From NCBI GenBank assembly GCA_963764715.1, contig CAVXTP010000022.1, positions 608,001 through 672,000 on the forward strand: DNA of 64,000 nucleotides. Reading direction: 5' to 3'. Below the pieces are notes generated by a model that saw nothing but the letters and a program-made list of their open reading frames with translations, searched no databases and was not told where the DNA came from. The position numbers and the translations under genes were made by a program. How positions within the stretch are numbered: position 1 is the first letter of the stretch; each line of letters opens with the position of its first letter. This stretch comes from an uncultured Acidobacteriota bacterium. GTDB lineage: Bacteria; Acidobacteriota; Thermoanaerobaculia; UBA5066; Gp7-AA6. Of the stretch, positions 31,587 through 41,031 are shown piece by piece.

Positions 31587-32368
31587 GCCTGCGCCAGACG
31601 GCGCGCCAGTCCGCCCACGGCCGCGTCGCGGGCTCGTCCGGCCGCTTCGGCGGCGGCGACGAGGGCCGACCCGACGACCACGCCGTCGGCGAGGGCGGCG
31701 GCCCGAGCGGCCGATGCCGGCGTCGAGATTCCGAAGCCGATCGCGAGGGGAAGCCGGCCCGAAACGCGCCGCGCGCGGCGCACCGTGGCCGCGAGGTCCC
31801 GGGGCAGCTGCGCGCGCGCCCCCGTCGTGCCGCGGCGCGACACGACGTAGAGGAACCCGGTCGAGAGCCGGGCGGCCTCGCGCATCCGCTCGAGCGGCGA
31901 GGTCGGCGAGACGAGGAAGATCGTGTCGAGCCGCGCGCGGCGCAAGCCGGGGACGACCGTGCGGGCCTCCTCGGGCGGAACGTCCGTCAGGAGGACGCCG
32001 TCGAACCCGGCGTCACGCGCTCCGGCCGCAGCCCGGTCGAAGCCCATGCGGTGAAGCGGGTTGGCGTACGAGAAGAGGACCAGCGCGAGGCCGGTTTCCG
32101 CGCGGATGCGTCGCGCCAGGTCGAAGACCGTCGCGAGCGTCGTCCCGGCCTCGAGGGCCCGCGAGGCCGACCGCTGCAGCACGGGACCGTCGGCGATCGG
32201 GTCGGAGAAGGGCACGCCGAGCTCGAGGATGTCCGCGCCCGCCTTCTCGAGCGCGCGGGCGAGCCCCAGGGTCGCCTCCGGCGACGGGTCGCCCGCCGTC
32301 AGATACGCGATGAACGCGGCCCGGCCCTGCCGCTTCGCGCGGCCGAAGGCCTCGGAGATCCGGCTCAT
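31568..32368 (-). CDS. trpA: Tryptophan synthase alpha
   Basis: [36 protein letters not shown]. Confidence 0.95.
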   Translation of the reverse strand: MSRISEAFGRAKRQGRAAFIAYLTAGDPSPEATLGLARALEKAGADILELGVPFSDPIADGPVLQRSASRALEAGTTLATVFDLARRIRAETGLALVLFSYANPLHRMGFDRAAAGARDAGFDGVLLTDVPPEEARTVVPGLRRARLDTIFLVSPTSPLERMREAARLSTGFLYVVSRRGTTGARAQLPRDLAATVRRARRVSGRLPLAIGFGISTPASAARAAALADGVVVGSALVAAAEAAGRARDAAVGGLARRLAQACRRKS

Positions 32369-33549
32369 GCCGGCCCGTCGCCCCGCAGGCGGAGCACCTC
32401 GTCGAGGTCCTTGTCGCCGCGCCCGGAGAGGTTGACGAGAATCCACTTCGAGCGCGGCGACTTGCGCGCCAGGCGCGACGCGAAGGCGATCGCGTGCGCG
32501 GACTCGAGCGCGGGGAGGATCCCTTCGGTCGACGAGAGAAGCGCGAACGCCCCGAGCGCTTCCTCGTCCGAAACTTTCGTGTAGGAGACGCGTCCGCTCG
32601 CGTGCAGCAGAGCGTGCTCGGGGCCGACGGCCGGGTAGTCGAGCCCCGCCGAGACCGAGTGCGTCGCGAGCGTCTGGCCCGCGGCGTCCTGCAGGAGCAT
32701 GGTGCGGGTCCCGTGGAGGATGCCGGGCGAGCCTCCCGCGAACCGCGCGGCGTGCTCCCCTTCGCCGGTCCCCCGTCCCCCGGCCTCGACGCCGTAGAGG
32801 GGCACGCGCGTGCCGAGGTAGGCGGAGAAGATGCCGATGGCGTTCGATCCGCCGCCGACGCAGGCCACGACCGCGTGCGGATCCCGGCCCGCGAGCCGGC
32901 GAAACTGCGCCCTCGCCTCCCGCCCGATGACCGCCTGGAACTCGCGAACGATCGTCGGGTAGGGATGCGGGCCGAGCGCGGACCCGAGCACGTAGTGCGT
33001 CGTGGCCACGTTCTCCGTCCAGTCCCGCATCGCCTCGTTGATGGCGTCCTTCAGCGTCTTCGAGCCGGAGTCGACGCCGCAGACCTCGGCGCCGAGCAGC
33101 CGCATCCGCGACACGTTCGGGGCCTGACGCGCCATGTCGGTCACGCCCATGTAGACACGGCAGGCGACCCCGAGCTTGGCGGCCGCGGCCGCCGTCGCGA
33201 CGCCGTGCTGGCCCGCTCCGGTCTCCGCGACGACCCGGGACTTCCCCATCCGCCGCGCGAGGAGGACCTGGCCGAGCGCGTTGTTGAGCTTGTGCGCCCC
33301 GGTGTGCAGGAGGTCCTCGCGCTTCAACGCGATCCGCGCACCGGCGAGGCGCCCGGTCAGCCGATCGGCGAACGTGACGGGGGTGGGCCGCCCGGCGTAG
33401 CTGTGGAGCAGGTCGGCGAGCTCCGCGCGAAACCGCCGGTCCCGGCGCCACTTCTCGAAGCCGCGCTCGAGCTCGTCGAGCGGAGCCATGAGCGTTTCGG
33501 GCGCGAAGCGGCCGCCGTACTCGCCGAAGTAGCCGCGCCGCCTAGCCAC
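32365..33549 (-). CDS. trpB: Tryptophan synthase beta
   Basis: [39 protein letters not shown]. Confidence 0.97.
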   Translation of the reverse strand: MARRRGYFGEYGGRFAPETLMAPLDELERGFEKWRRDRRFRAELADLLHSYAGRPTPVTFADRLTGRLAGARIALKREDLLHTGAHKLNNALGQVLLARRMGKSRVVAETGAGQHGVATAAAAAKLGVACRVYMGVTDMARQAPNVSRMRLLGAEVCGVDSGSKTLKDAINEAMRDWTENVATTHYVLGSALGPHPYPTIVREFQAVIGREARAQFRRLAGRDPHAVVACVGGGSNAIGIFSAYLGTRVPLYGVEAGGRGTGEGEHAARFAGGSPGILHGTRTMLLQDAAGQTLATHSVSAGLDYPAVGPEHALLHASGRVSYTKVSDEEALGAFALLSSTEGILPALESAHAIAFASRLARKSPRSKWILVNLSGRGDKDLDEVLRLRGDGPA

Positions 33550-34156
33550 GGTCGGCCTCCCGCACGGCCTCGAAGAAGCGCTCGAGCCGTCCGCGGTCCT
33601 TGATGCCGGGCGCGCGTTCGACGCCCGAGGCCACGTCGACGCCGGCCGGGCGGAGACGCCGGATGACGTCGCCGACGTTGTCCGGGTCGAGACCGCCCGC
33701 GACGAAGACGGGAACCGGAAGGGGGCCCGCGGCTTCGACGAGCCCCCAGTCGGGCACGCGTCCCCGGCCGGCGCTCGAGTCCCAGAGGAGACCGCGGCAC
33801 CTTTCGAGGACGTCGGACGGCGGAAGCCCTGTCGGCCCCGCCTCGAGGCGGACCGCGGGCACGATTCCGGCGCCGAGGGTCTCGACGTCGTCCCGCGTCA
33901 CGGTGCGATGAAGCTGCACGACCTGGAGGCCGACCTCCGCGATCGTTCGCCCGACCTCGGTCCGGTCGGCCTCGGCGAAGACCCCGGCGCGCAGGATTCC
34001 CGCGGGCACCGAACCGGCGAGCTCCCGGGCGAGCGCCATCGAGACCCGACGGGGCGACGCCTCGACGAAGTTGAACCCGAGGATCGCCGCCCCGAGCTCG
34101 GCCGCGGCCGCGACGTCCTCCGCCCGCGTCAGCCCGCAGACCTTGACGGCCGTCAT
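33542..34156 (-). CDS. trpF: Phosphoribosylanthranilate isomerase
   Basis: [27 protein letters not shown]. Confidence 0.92.
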   Translation of the reverse strand: MTAVKVCGLTRAEDVAAAAELGAAILGFNFVEASPRRVSMALARELAGSVPAGILRAGVFAEADRTEVGRTIAEVGLQVVQLHRTVTRDDVETLGAGIVPAVRLEAGPTGLPPSDVLERCRGLLWDSSAGRGRVPDWGLVEAAGPLPVPVFVAGGLDPDNVGDVIRRLRPAGVDVASGVERAPGIKDRGRLERFFEAVREADRG

Positions 34157-34920
34157 CCGCGGAGGGCCCTCAGGTCGTCCTCCGGGTCCTCGGAGCGCAG
34201 CAGCGCCTCACCCACGAGAATCGCCCTGTACCCCGCGGCCGACAGGCGCTCCACGTCGGCCCGGCCCCGCACGCCGCTCTCGGCCATCGGCACGGGGCCC
34301 GGCGGGATCGAGGGCGCCAGGGCGACGAGCCCCTCGAGGTCCGTCTCGAAGCTCGCGAGATTCCGGGCGTTGACCCCGAGCACGTCGGGCGCGACCGCCG
34401 CGGCGCGCGACACCTCGGCGGGACCGTGCGCCTCGGCGACGACCGCGAGCCCGCGCTGTCGCGCCCCGGCCGCAAGCGCCGCGAGATCCTCCTCCTCGAG
34501 GGCCCGGACGATGAGCAGCACCGCGTCCGCTCCGAGCGAGACCGCGAAATCGAGCTGCCGCTCGGAGACGACGAAGTCCTTCATCAGCACGGGCAGGCCC
34601 GAGATGCTCTTGGCGCGCGGGATCCAGTCGGGCCTCCCGCCGAAGTGATCCTCCTCGACGACGACGGAAATGGCCGCGGCGTGGCCCCGCCGGTAATGGA
34701 GCGCGAACGTCTCGATCCGGCCGTCGGCGCCGGCGAGGATTTCCCCGGCCGACGGCGACTTCGCCTTGATCTCCGCGACGATCCGCGTCCCGGGCTCCCG
34801 AAGCGCGGCCGCGAAAGAGGCGCCGTCGGTCGGCCGGTCGGGCGTTCCGCGCGGCGCATACTCGCCCCGCGCGAGGCGCGCCCGCTTGTCGGCCAGGATC
34901 CGCTCGAGGATGTCGCTCAT
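34153..34920 (-). CDS. trpC: Indole-3-glycerol phosphate synthase
   Basis: AEIKAKSPSAG, LMKDF, GADAVLLI, GVNARNL, AESG. Confidence 0.92.
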   Translation of the reverse strand: MSDILERILADKRARLARGEYAPRGTPDRPTDGASFAAALREPGTRIVAEIKAKSPSAGEILAGADGRIETFALHYRRGHAAAISVVVEEDHFGGRPDWIPRAKSISGLPVLMKDFVVSERQLDFAVSLGADAVLLIVRALEEEDLAALAAGARQRGLAVVAEAHGPAEVSRAAAVAPDVLGVNARNLASFETDLEGLVALAPSIPPGPVPMAESGVRGRADVERLSAAGYRAILVGEALLRSEDPEDDLRALRG

Positions 34921-35933
34921 GCCGCGGCCCTCCGCAGCGATTTGAACCGGTCCCGGGCGGCCCCCGAGTCGATCGCCGCGCGCGCCCGCTCATACCCCTC
35001 TCCGACGCCCGGCGCCCGGCCTTCCACGACGAGCGCCACGGCCGCGTTGACGAGCACCGCCTCGCGCCGCGCGCCGGGCTCGCCCTCGAGGAGCCGCGAG
35101 AGCATTCCGGCATTTTCGGCCGCATTACCCCCGGCCAGGTCGTCGAGCCCCAGGGGCGCCTGCCGGAGCGCGTCTCCCGCGAGCCGCCACGGCCGCGTCG
35201 AGCCGCCCTCGACCTCGACGCCGGCCGCCCCGACCCCTGGCGTCAGCTCGTCGAGGCCATTGTCCGAGTGGAAGACGATCGCGCGTTCGCTGCCGAGCGT
35301 CGCGAGCGCGTCGGCGAGGAGCCGGGTCAGCTCCGGCCGGCCGACGCCGATGAGCTGCCTCGTGGCGCCGGCCGGATTGGCGAGCGGACCGAGCGAGTTG
35401 AAGATCGTCCGGATGCCGAGCTCGCGGCGCACCGTGCCGAGCTCTTTCATCGCCGGGTGGAACGCCGGGGCGAAGAGGAACACGAGGCCGGTCTCGTCGA
35501 GGATCCGTCCGGCGCGCTCGGGTTCGAGGTCGACGGCGATGCCGGCCGCCGCGAGCACGTCGGCCGACCCGACCCGCGAAGAGATCGAGCGGTTGCCGTG
35601 CTTGGCGACGATCGCTCCGGCTCCCGACGCGACGATCGCCGCGGCCGTCGAGAGGTTGAAGAGGTCGCGCCCCAGCCCCCCCGGACCGCACGTGTCGAGG
35701 ATCGGCGCGCAGCGCGTCGGGACGCGGCGCATCCGGGAACGCAGGGCGGACACGGCGCCGGCGATCTCCTCGGCGGTTTCTCCGCGGGTTGCGATTCCGA
35801 GGAGCAGGGCGCCCTTCTGTGCCTCCGTGGCGCGGCCGTCCATCAGGTCACCGAACGCGGATTCCGCGAGGGCCCGGGAGAGCGTCTTCCGGGCGGCTAC
35901 GGTCTTCAGGGCGGCGGCGACCTCGGGCGTCAC
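34917..35933 (-). CDS. trpD: Anthranilate phosphoribosyltransferase
   Basis: KHGNRSISS, GSADVL, FHPAMK, RTIFNSLGPLANP, GLDEL. Confidence 0.93.
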   Translation of the reverse strand: MTPEVAAALKTVAARKTLSRALAESAFGDLMDGRATEAQKGALLLGIATRGETAEEIAGAVSALRSRMRRVPTRCAPILDTCGPGGLGRDLFNLSTAAAIVASGAGAIVAKHGNRSISSRVGSADVLAAAGIAVDLEPERAGRILDETGLVFLFAPAFHPAMKELGTVRRELGIRTIFNSLGPLANPAGATRQLIGVGRPELTRLLADALATLGSERAIVFHSDNGLDELTPGVGAAGVEVEGGSTRPWRLAGDALRQAPLGLDDLAGGNAAENAGMLSRLLEGEPGARREAVLVNAAVALVVEGRAPGVGEGYERARAAIDSGAARDRFKSLRRAAA

Positions 35934-36103
35934 GACGCGAGCCTCACGGTCCGTCGTAGGGGCGGCGTTACCGCCGTGCTGCGCACGGCGTTCCCTGACG
36001 CCGGGAGATTGCCTCTGGTGGCCGGGTGCGGCCGCCCGAGGGAGGGGACAAGCCCCTCCCCTACAACCGAGCCAGATTGCGGCGTCACGACGCGAGCCTC
36101 ACG
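35926..36103. mobile_element. GTAG-type REP doublet flanked by a 23-bp direct repeat
   Basis: ggcgtcacgacgcgagcctcacg at 35926-35948 and 36081-36103; gtaggggcggc at 35956 and gggaggggacaagcccctcccctac ending at 36064; similar units at 62149-62237. Confidence 0.75.
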
Positions 36104-36657
36104 AAATTCTCGAGGATCCGCTCCCCCTCGGGCGTCAGGACCGACTCCGGGTGAAACTGGACGCCGAAGACCGGGAGCGACCGGTGCGCGACCGCCATGA
36201 CGAGGCCGTCCTCGCTTCGGCCGGTGACGACGAGATCCGCCGGCAGCCCGTCCTCCCTGACCACGAGCGAATGGTATCGCCCGGCCTCGAACGGGCGCGG
36301 CAGCCCGTCGAAGAGTCCCGATCCATCGTGATCGACCCGCGAGCTCTTTCCATGCCGCGGCTCGGGCGCCCGCTCGACGACTCCGCCGTGGTGCGCGGCG
36401 ATCGCCTGGTGGCCGAGGCAGACCCCGAGCAGCGGCACCCGTTCGCGCTCGGCGGCGGCGATCATCGCGATCGACCGGCCGGCGTTCTCGGGCCGGCCCG
36501 GGCCGGGCGAGATCACGACCGCGCGCGGCTTCGCCGCGAGGACCTCGTCCGGATCGAAGCGGTCGTTGCGGGCGACGACGACGTCCGCGTCGAGCTTCCC
36601 CAGCGCCTGCACCAGGTTGTAGGTGAAGGAGTCGTAGTTGTCGACGACGAAGATCAT
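36085..36657 (-). CDS. trpG: Anthranilate synthase component II (glutamine amidotransferase)
   Basis: DNYDSFTYNL, SPGPG, GVCLGHQ, RYHSL, QFHPES. Confidence 0.95.
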   Translation of the reverse strand: MIFVVDNYDSFTYNLVQALGKLDADVVVARNDRFDPDEVLAAKPRAVVISPGPGRPENAGRSIAMIAAAERERVPLLGVCLGHQAIAAHHGGVVERAPEPRHGKSSRVDHDGSGLFDGLPRPFEAGRYHSLVVREDGLPADLVVTGRSEDGLVMAVAHRSLPVFGVQFHPESVLTPEGERILENFVRLAS

Positions 36658-38129
36658 GCGAACCACTCCCGCGCGAGCTCGATCGAGCGGAAGAGCGCTG
36701 CCGCCTTCGCCTCGGCCTCGGCGTATTCCTTCTCGGCGACGGAGTCGGCGACGATCCCGGCCCCGGCCTGGATGCGCCAGAGGCCCTTCTCGACGACGGC
36801 CGTCCGGATCGCGATCGCGAGATCGCAGTTCCCCGAGGAATCGAAGTACCCGACCGCGCCTCCGTAGACCCCGCGTCGCGCCGACTCGAGCGCGTCGATC
36901 AGCTCCATGGCCCGGATCTTGGGCGCGCCCGTCAGCGTCCCCGCCGGGAAGCACGCGGCGAGAGCCTCGCCCGCGCCCGCACCCGCCCGGAGCCGGCCGC
37001 GGACCTCGGAGACGAGGTGCTGGACGTGCGAGAACTTCTCGACGGCCGCGTAGCGCGCCACCCGGACGCTGCCGATCTCGCAGACCCGCCCGAGATCGTT
37101 GCGGGCGAGGTCGACGAGCATGACATGCTCGGCGCGCTCCTTCGGGTCCGCCAGGAGGGCCGCGGCGAGGCGGTCGTCCTCGGCCGGCGTCTTCCCGCGA
37201 GGCGCGGTGCCCGCGATCGGCCGCGTTTCGACCTCGCGGTTGCGGCAGCGAACGAGCATCTCGGGCGAGGAGCCAAGGATGCTCGCCTCGCGCGTCTCGA
37301 GGTAGTAGAGGTAGGGCGACGGATTGAGCGTGCGCAGCGCCCGGTACACGTCGAACGGATCGACGCCGAGGCGCGCCGTCCACCGCTGCGACACGACCGC
37401 CTGGTAGACCTCCCCCGCTGCGATGGCCTCGCGGGTGGCGGCCACGGCCGAGAGGAAGCGGTCTCGCGGCATCGCCGTCTCGAAGCGCCCGCCGTCCGGA
37501 GGCGTCGGCGGCGCGGCGACGGGATCGGGGGCCCGCAGCCGGGCCTCCAGCCGGTCCAGCCGGTCGATCGCCGCGGCGACCGCGCCGTCGACGGAGCCGG
37601 CGGCGGCGTCGACGGTCGTGAGGAGGAGCACGCTCTGCCGCGGATGGTCGAAGGCGATCACCGCCTCGAAGAGAAGGAAGAGCGCGTCCGGAATCTCGCT
37701 GTCGCGCGCGTGGCGGTCCGGGATCGCCTCGAAGAGGCGGACCGCGTCGTAGGTCAGGTACCCGACCGCGCCGCGCGCGAGCGGCGGAAGCTCAGGATCC
37801 GGCACGAAATCCTCGCGGCGGACCATCCGCTCCAGCGCCTCGAGCGCCGCCCCCTCGACGGCCTCGACCCGCCCCGCGCGCTCCACCGCCGTCCGGCCGT
37901 CGCGGACCGTCAACCGGGCGGACGGATCGACGCCGAGGAAGGTGTATCGCGCGACCGACTCGCCGCCCTCGACGCTTTCCAGGAGGAACGCCTCCGCGCC
38001 GGCGCGGCGCAGGCGGCGAAAGACCATGACGGGCGTCAGGCAGTCCGAGGGCAGGATCCGCGCGACCGGGACGCATCGGCCGGCCTGCGCTCGGGAACGG
38101 AAGTCCCGGAGCTCCTCTTCGCGCCTCAT
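36654..38129 (-). CDS. trpE: Anthranilate synthase component I
   Basis: LLES, NPSPY, SSPE, PIAGT, EHVMLVDLARND, GAPKIRAM, AGAGIVADS. Confidence 0.95.
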   Translation of the reverse strand: MRREEELRDFRSRAQAGRCVPVARILPSDCLTPVMVFRRLRRAGAEAFLLESVEGGESVARYTFLGVDPSARLTVRDGRTAVERAGRVEAVEGAALEALERMVRREDFVPDPELPPLARGAVGYLTYDAVRLFEAIPDRHARDSEIPDALFLLFEAVIAFDHPRQSVLLLTTVDAAAGSVDGAVAAAIDRLDRLEARLRAPDPVAAPPTPPDGGRFETAMPRDRFLSAVAATREAIAAGEVYQAVVSQRWTARLGVDPFDVYRALRTLNPSPYLYYLETREASILGSSPEMLVRCRNREVETRPIAGTAPRGKTPAEDDRLAAALLADPKERAEHVMLVDLARNDLGRVCEIGSVRVARYAAVEKFSHVQHLVSEVRGRLRAGAGAGEALAACFPAGTLTGAPKIRAMELIDALESARRGVYGGAVGYFDSSGNCDLAIAIRTAVVEKGLWRIQAGAGIVADSVAEKEYAEAEAKAAALFRSIELAREWFA

Positions 38130-39604
38130 GACGCCAGGACCTTCCGGAGGATCGCGGCCACTTCTTCGACGGTTACGCCTTCGACGCCGAAGAGCTGGGC
38201 CTGCCGGGCGGCCTGCGTCGCGAACATCTGCAGCCCTTCGACCGTCGGGCACTTCGCCGCCCGCGCCGCGCGGATCGTGGAGGTTTCGCGGCCGTCGCGC
38301 CGGTAGACGCAGTCGAAGACGAGCGGCCGGGCCTCGAAGAGGTTCGCCGGAATCGCGGGCGGGTCGTCGTCTCGCCAGCCGACGGGCGTGGCATTCACGT
38401 AGAGGTCCGCCTCGCTCGCCGGAAGGTCCGCCCAGGCGAGCGAGTCGACGCCCATCGCCTCCGCGAGGCGGTCGGCCTCGGCGTCCCTCCGCGCCGTCAC
38501 CGTCACCTCGTAGCCCAGCCGCCGCGCCGCGACGATGACGGCCCGCGCCGCGCCGCCCGCCCCGACGACGACCGCGGTCCGGCCCTCGCCGGTGCCGTGA
38601 TCCGCGAGCGGATCGAAGACCCCGTCGACGTCCGTGTTCTCCGCCCGCCAGCCCTTACGGTCCCGGACGAGCGTGTTCGACGCGCCGATCAACCGGACGT
38701 CTTCCGACGGCCGCCCGGCGCGCGCCGCCGCGAGCTTCCAGGGCTGCGTGACGGCGAACCCCCGAAACGGCGGATCGAAAACGATCGCGTGGGGCTTCTC
38801 GCGCTCGAAGTCCGAGACCTGCAGCGGCAAATAGAGGTACGGCAGGTCCCGCGAACGGAAGATCGCGTTGTGGAGCGACGGCGAAAGCGACCGCGCCGTG
38901 CTCCCGGCCACGACGCCGAAGAGCGCCTCGATCGAGCGCGGACGGTCCACGCCGTAGACCTCGAGCAGGTCGCCGATCGGAACCTGGCCCGCCGCCGTCT
39001 CGCGCTCCACCGGCCCGTAGACGAGCGCGCACCCGAAGAGCGCCGAGAGCACACGGCCGGGAGCGCTCGTGGGCCCCATCGGGAAGAGCGCCACGCCGGG
39101 CGAATCCTGACGCCGCTGCAGCTCGGCGAGGTGAAGGCTCCCGGCGAGGTCCGCGACCCCCGCCACGAGCTTGACCGCTCGCGCTGCGGCCTCGCGCATC
39201 GCCGCGAGCCTCGTCTTCCAGTCCTCCGGAAGGCCGAAGGGCGAGTGATGCGACACGATCACGCGCTCGCGGCCCGGAAACCGCTCGCGGTCGGCGAGAA
39301 GGCCGCGGGCGTGCTCCACGTCCACCGTCGCCCCCGACACATACGCCTCCTCAACGAGTCGCGCGTACTCTTCGGGAGAGCCGCTGAAGTCGCCGCCCTC
39401 CGCGAGCGAGCGCCAGGTCAGGATCGCAGGGCGGGAGTCGAGCGCCACGAGGGCCGCCGGGGGGATCGGCCGATCCGCCAGGTCCATCCGGAACTCGATC
39501 GCGCTCGCGTTCGCCGGTACGCGCGCGATCAGGCGTTTCGCGTCCTCGGCGTCCTTCGGCGCGAGCGAGGCGACGTACGCCGGAATCGGAACGACCTTTT
39601 CCAT
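38126..39604 (-). CDS. aroDE: Bifunctional type I dehydroquinate dehydratase / shikimate dehydrogenase (AroD-AroE fusion)
   Basis: N-terminal EFRMD, EGG, SHH, VKL, MG, GQ; C-terminal SLSPSLHN, VTQPWK, NTDVDG, GAGGAARA, NATPVG. Confidence 0.85.
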   Translation of the reverse strand: MEKVVPIPAYVASLAPKDAEDAKRLIARVPANASAIEFRMDLADRPIPPAALVALDSRPAILTWRSLAEGGDFSGSPEEYARLVEEAYVSGATVDVEHARGLLADRERFPGRERVIVSHHSPFGLPEDWKTRLAAMREAAARAVKLVAGVADLAGSLHLAELQRRQDSPGVALFPMGPTSAPGRVLSALFGCALVYGPVERETAAGQVPIGDLLEVYGVDRPRSIEALFGVVAGSTARSLSPSLHNAIFRSRDLPYLYLPLQVSDFEREKPHAIVFDPPFRGFAVTQPWKLAAARAGRPSEDVRLIGASNTLVRDRKGWRAENTDVDGVFDPLADHGTGEGRTAVVVGAGGAARAVIVAARRLGYEVTVTARRDAEADRLAEAMGVDSLAWADLPASEADLYVNATPVGWRDDDPPAIPANLFEARPLVFDCVYRRDGRETSTIRAARAAKCPTVEGLQMFATQAARQAQLFGVEGVTVEEVAAILRKVLAS

Positions 39605-39615
39605 CTTTGCCGTCA

Positions 39616-39654
39616 AAATCAAAAACCCCCGGGCCCATCGGGCCGGGGGTTTCT
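39616..39654 (-). terminator. Attenuator terminator of the aroDE-trp leader
   Basis: Minus strand aaacccccggcccgatgggcccgggggtttttgatttt: GC hairpin plus U-tract just upstream of aroDE. Confidence 0.8.
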
Positions 39655-39710
39655 ATTCTCTCGTCGGAACGCGCCCCGGCCGATGGTCTTCGGCAGGGCG
39701 CAGGTGCGCT

Positions 39711-39761
39711 CTACCGGATTGTCTCCCGCCACCACCAGTTCTGCCGGGCCGAGCGCGTCAT
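39711..39761 (-). CDS. trpL: Trp operon leader peptide MTRSARQNWWWRETIR
   Basis: Three consecutive TGG codons in a 16-aa ORF between the promoter and the terminator hairpin. Confidence 0.85.
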   Translation of the reverse strand: MTRSARQNWWWRETIR

Positions 39762-41011
39762 GGCGGGGCGATCATCCCGCCCCCGGGGGTGGGTGTCAAG
39801 GCAGGAGGGCCGAGTGTGGGAGTTCCTTTCGCCTTCTTCCGAGGATACTGGCTCCCGAAAGTCAGAGGCAGGACCGATCCGGCGGGCGGATCGACGATGG
39901 AGCCCTCGAAGCGGATCTCCATCCCCTCCGCGTCGGACCGGTAGGCATAGGAAGCACCCGGGCAGATCGTCGAGATTGGATTCGCCATCCGCTCCGGCCA
40001 GCGCCCGTCCGGATGGCCGGACTGTTCGAGCCTGAGCTGGAGAATCTGAAGAGTCAGCTCCCGATCGACGGAAAGACGCGCCACGCGGCGGACCACCCCG
40101 AGCATGAGGGGCATGGAGTTCTCTTTGTACATGCGCCGAATCTCGGCGGCATACGCAGCCGATGAAGTCGGGACCTCCCTGTCGGCGAACTGCCAGACCT
40201 CCTCGTCGTCCAGGGCCGCGGCGTCACAGGGCGGGAGTTTGGCGAGGCCTTCTGCGATCGCCTCGGGCGCCTTTCGATTGAGCTCGGCGAACGGATCGGA
40301 GCCGGGAAGGGATCCCGAGTCATTCCGCCATTCGGACTCGCCCGTTACGCTCCTCAGGACACGTTGCCACGGGTCGCTGTTGCCGAGGCGGCCCAGCCAC
40401 TGGAGTGGCGGCTGCGCCATTTTGCGCAACGCGCCCACCTGCCACATCTGAGCACTGGTCGAGACCATCTGGTGAATGAGCAGCGCGCGCTCCGCGAGCG
40501 GCCGATCCAGGGACCACGAAGCCTCGAGCGCGCGGCTCGCGCCGATCCGATTGCCGTCCCGCTCTTCGACGAGCGCAACGGCGAGCAGCACCTTCTGGAG
40601 GATGACCGACGGCAGAATGTACGGGAACGGCATCACCGCCCGGTCCTTCGGCTCGACCCACGCCGGTGGTTGCTTCTCGAGAGCCGCGATGATCGCCCAG
40701 ATCGCTTCCCTGCGCGTTTGCAGGTACTCGCGCAGCGCCTCCGGCGGCTCCCCGATCGACTCGTCAGGCACCTGAATCTGGGCATCCAGCCAACCCCCGG
40801 GATTGGCCGCGCCCCGCGCCTTCTGGTCGACCGACAGGGCCTCGGGCTCCTCGGGGCCCCGGGCCGGCGCCCGGAAGGCGATTCCTAGAGAAGGAATTCG
40901 CTCGACGAGCACGCTCGCCGTTGCGTTTCCGGCGATCGTGCGCGATTCGAGCGGTCCATCGGACGGATCGCCGAGGAACGAGGCGAGCAGGAGAACGGCC
41001 AGGAGGGCCAC
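39758..41011 (-). CDS. Hypothetical secreted helical protein (paralog 1)
   Basis: Hydrophobic N-terminus; shares LQKVL, EA.W, ELT, WP, ST.CPG motifs with the next gene. Confidence 0.7.
   Translation of the reverse strand: MALLAVLLLASFLGDPSDGPLESRTIAGNATASVLVERIPSLGIAFRAPARGPEEPEALSVDQKARGAANPGGWLDAQIQVPDESIGEPPEALREYLQTRREAIWAIIAALEKQPPAWVEPKDRAVMPFPYILPSVILQKVLLAVALVEERDGNRIGASRALEASWSLDRPLAERALLIHQMVSTSAQMWQVGALRKMAQPPLQWLGRLGNSDPWQRVLRSVTGESEWRNDSGSLPGSDPFAELNRKAPEAIAEGLAKLPPCDAAALDDEEVWQFADREVPTSSAAYAAEIRRMYKENSMPLMLGVVRRVARLSVDRELTLQILQLRLEQSGHPDGRWPERMANPISTICPGASYAYRSDAEGMEIRFEGSIVDPPAGSVLPLTFGSQYPRKKAKGTPTLGPPALTPTPGGGMIAPP
39771..39799 (-). promoter_or_regulatory. sigma70 promoter of the trp leader
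   Basis: TTGACA-N17-GATGAT, 9 nt before the leader ATG. Confidence 0.6.
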
Positions 41012-41031
41012 GCGGAAACTCTACGCCCTCC

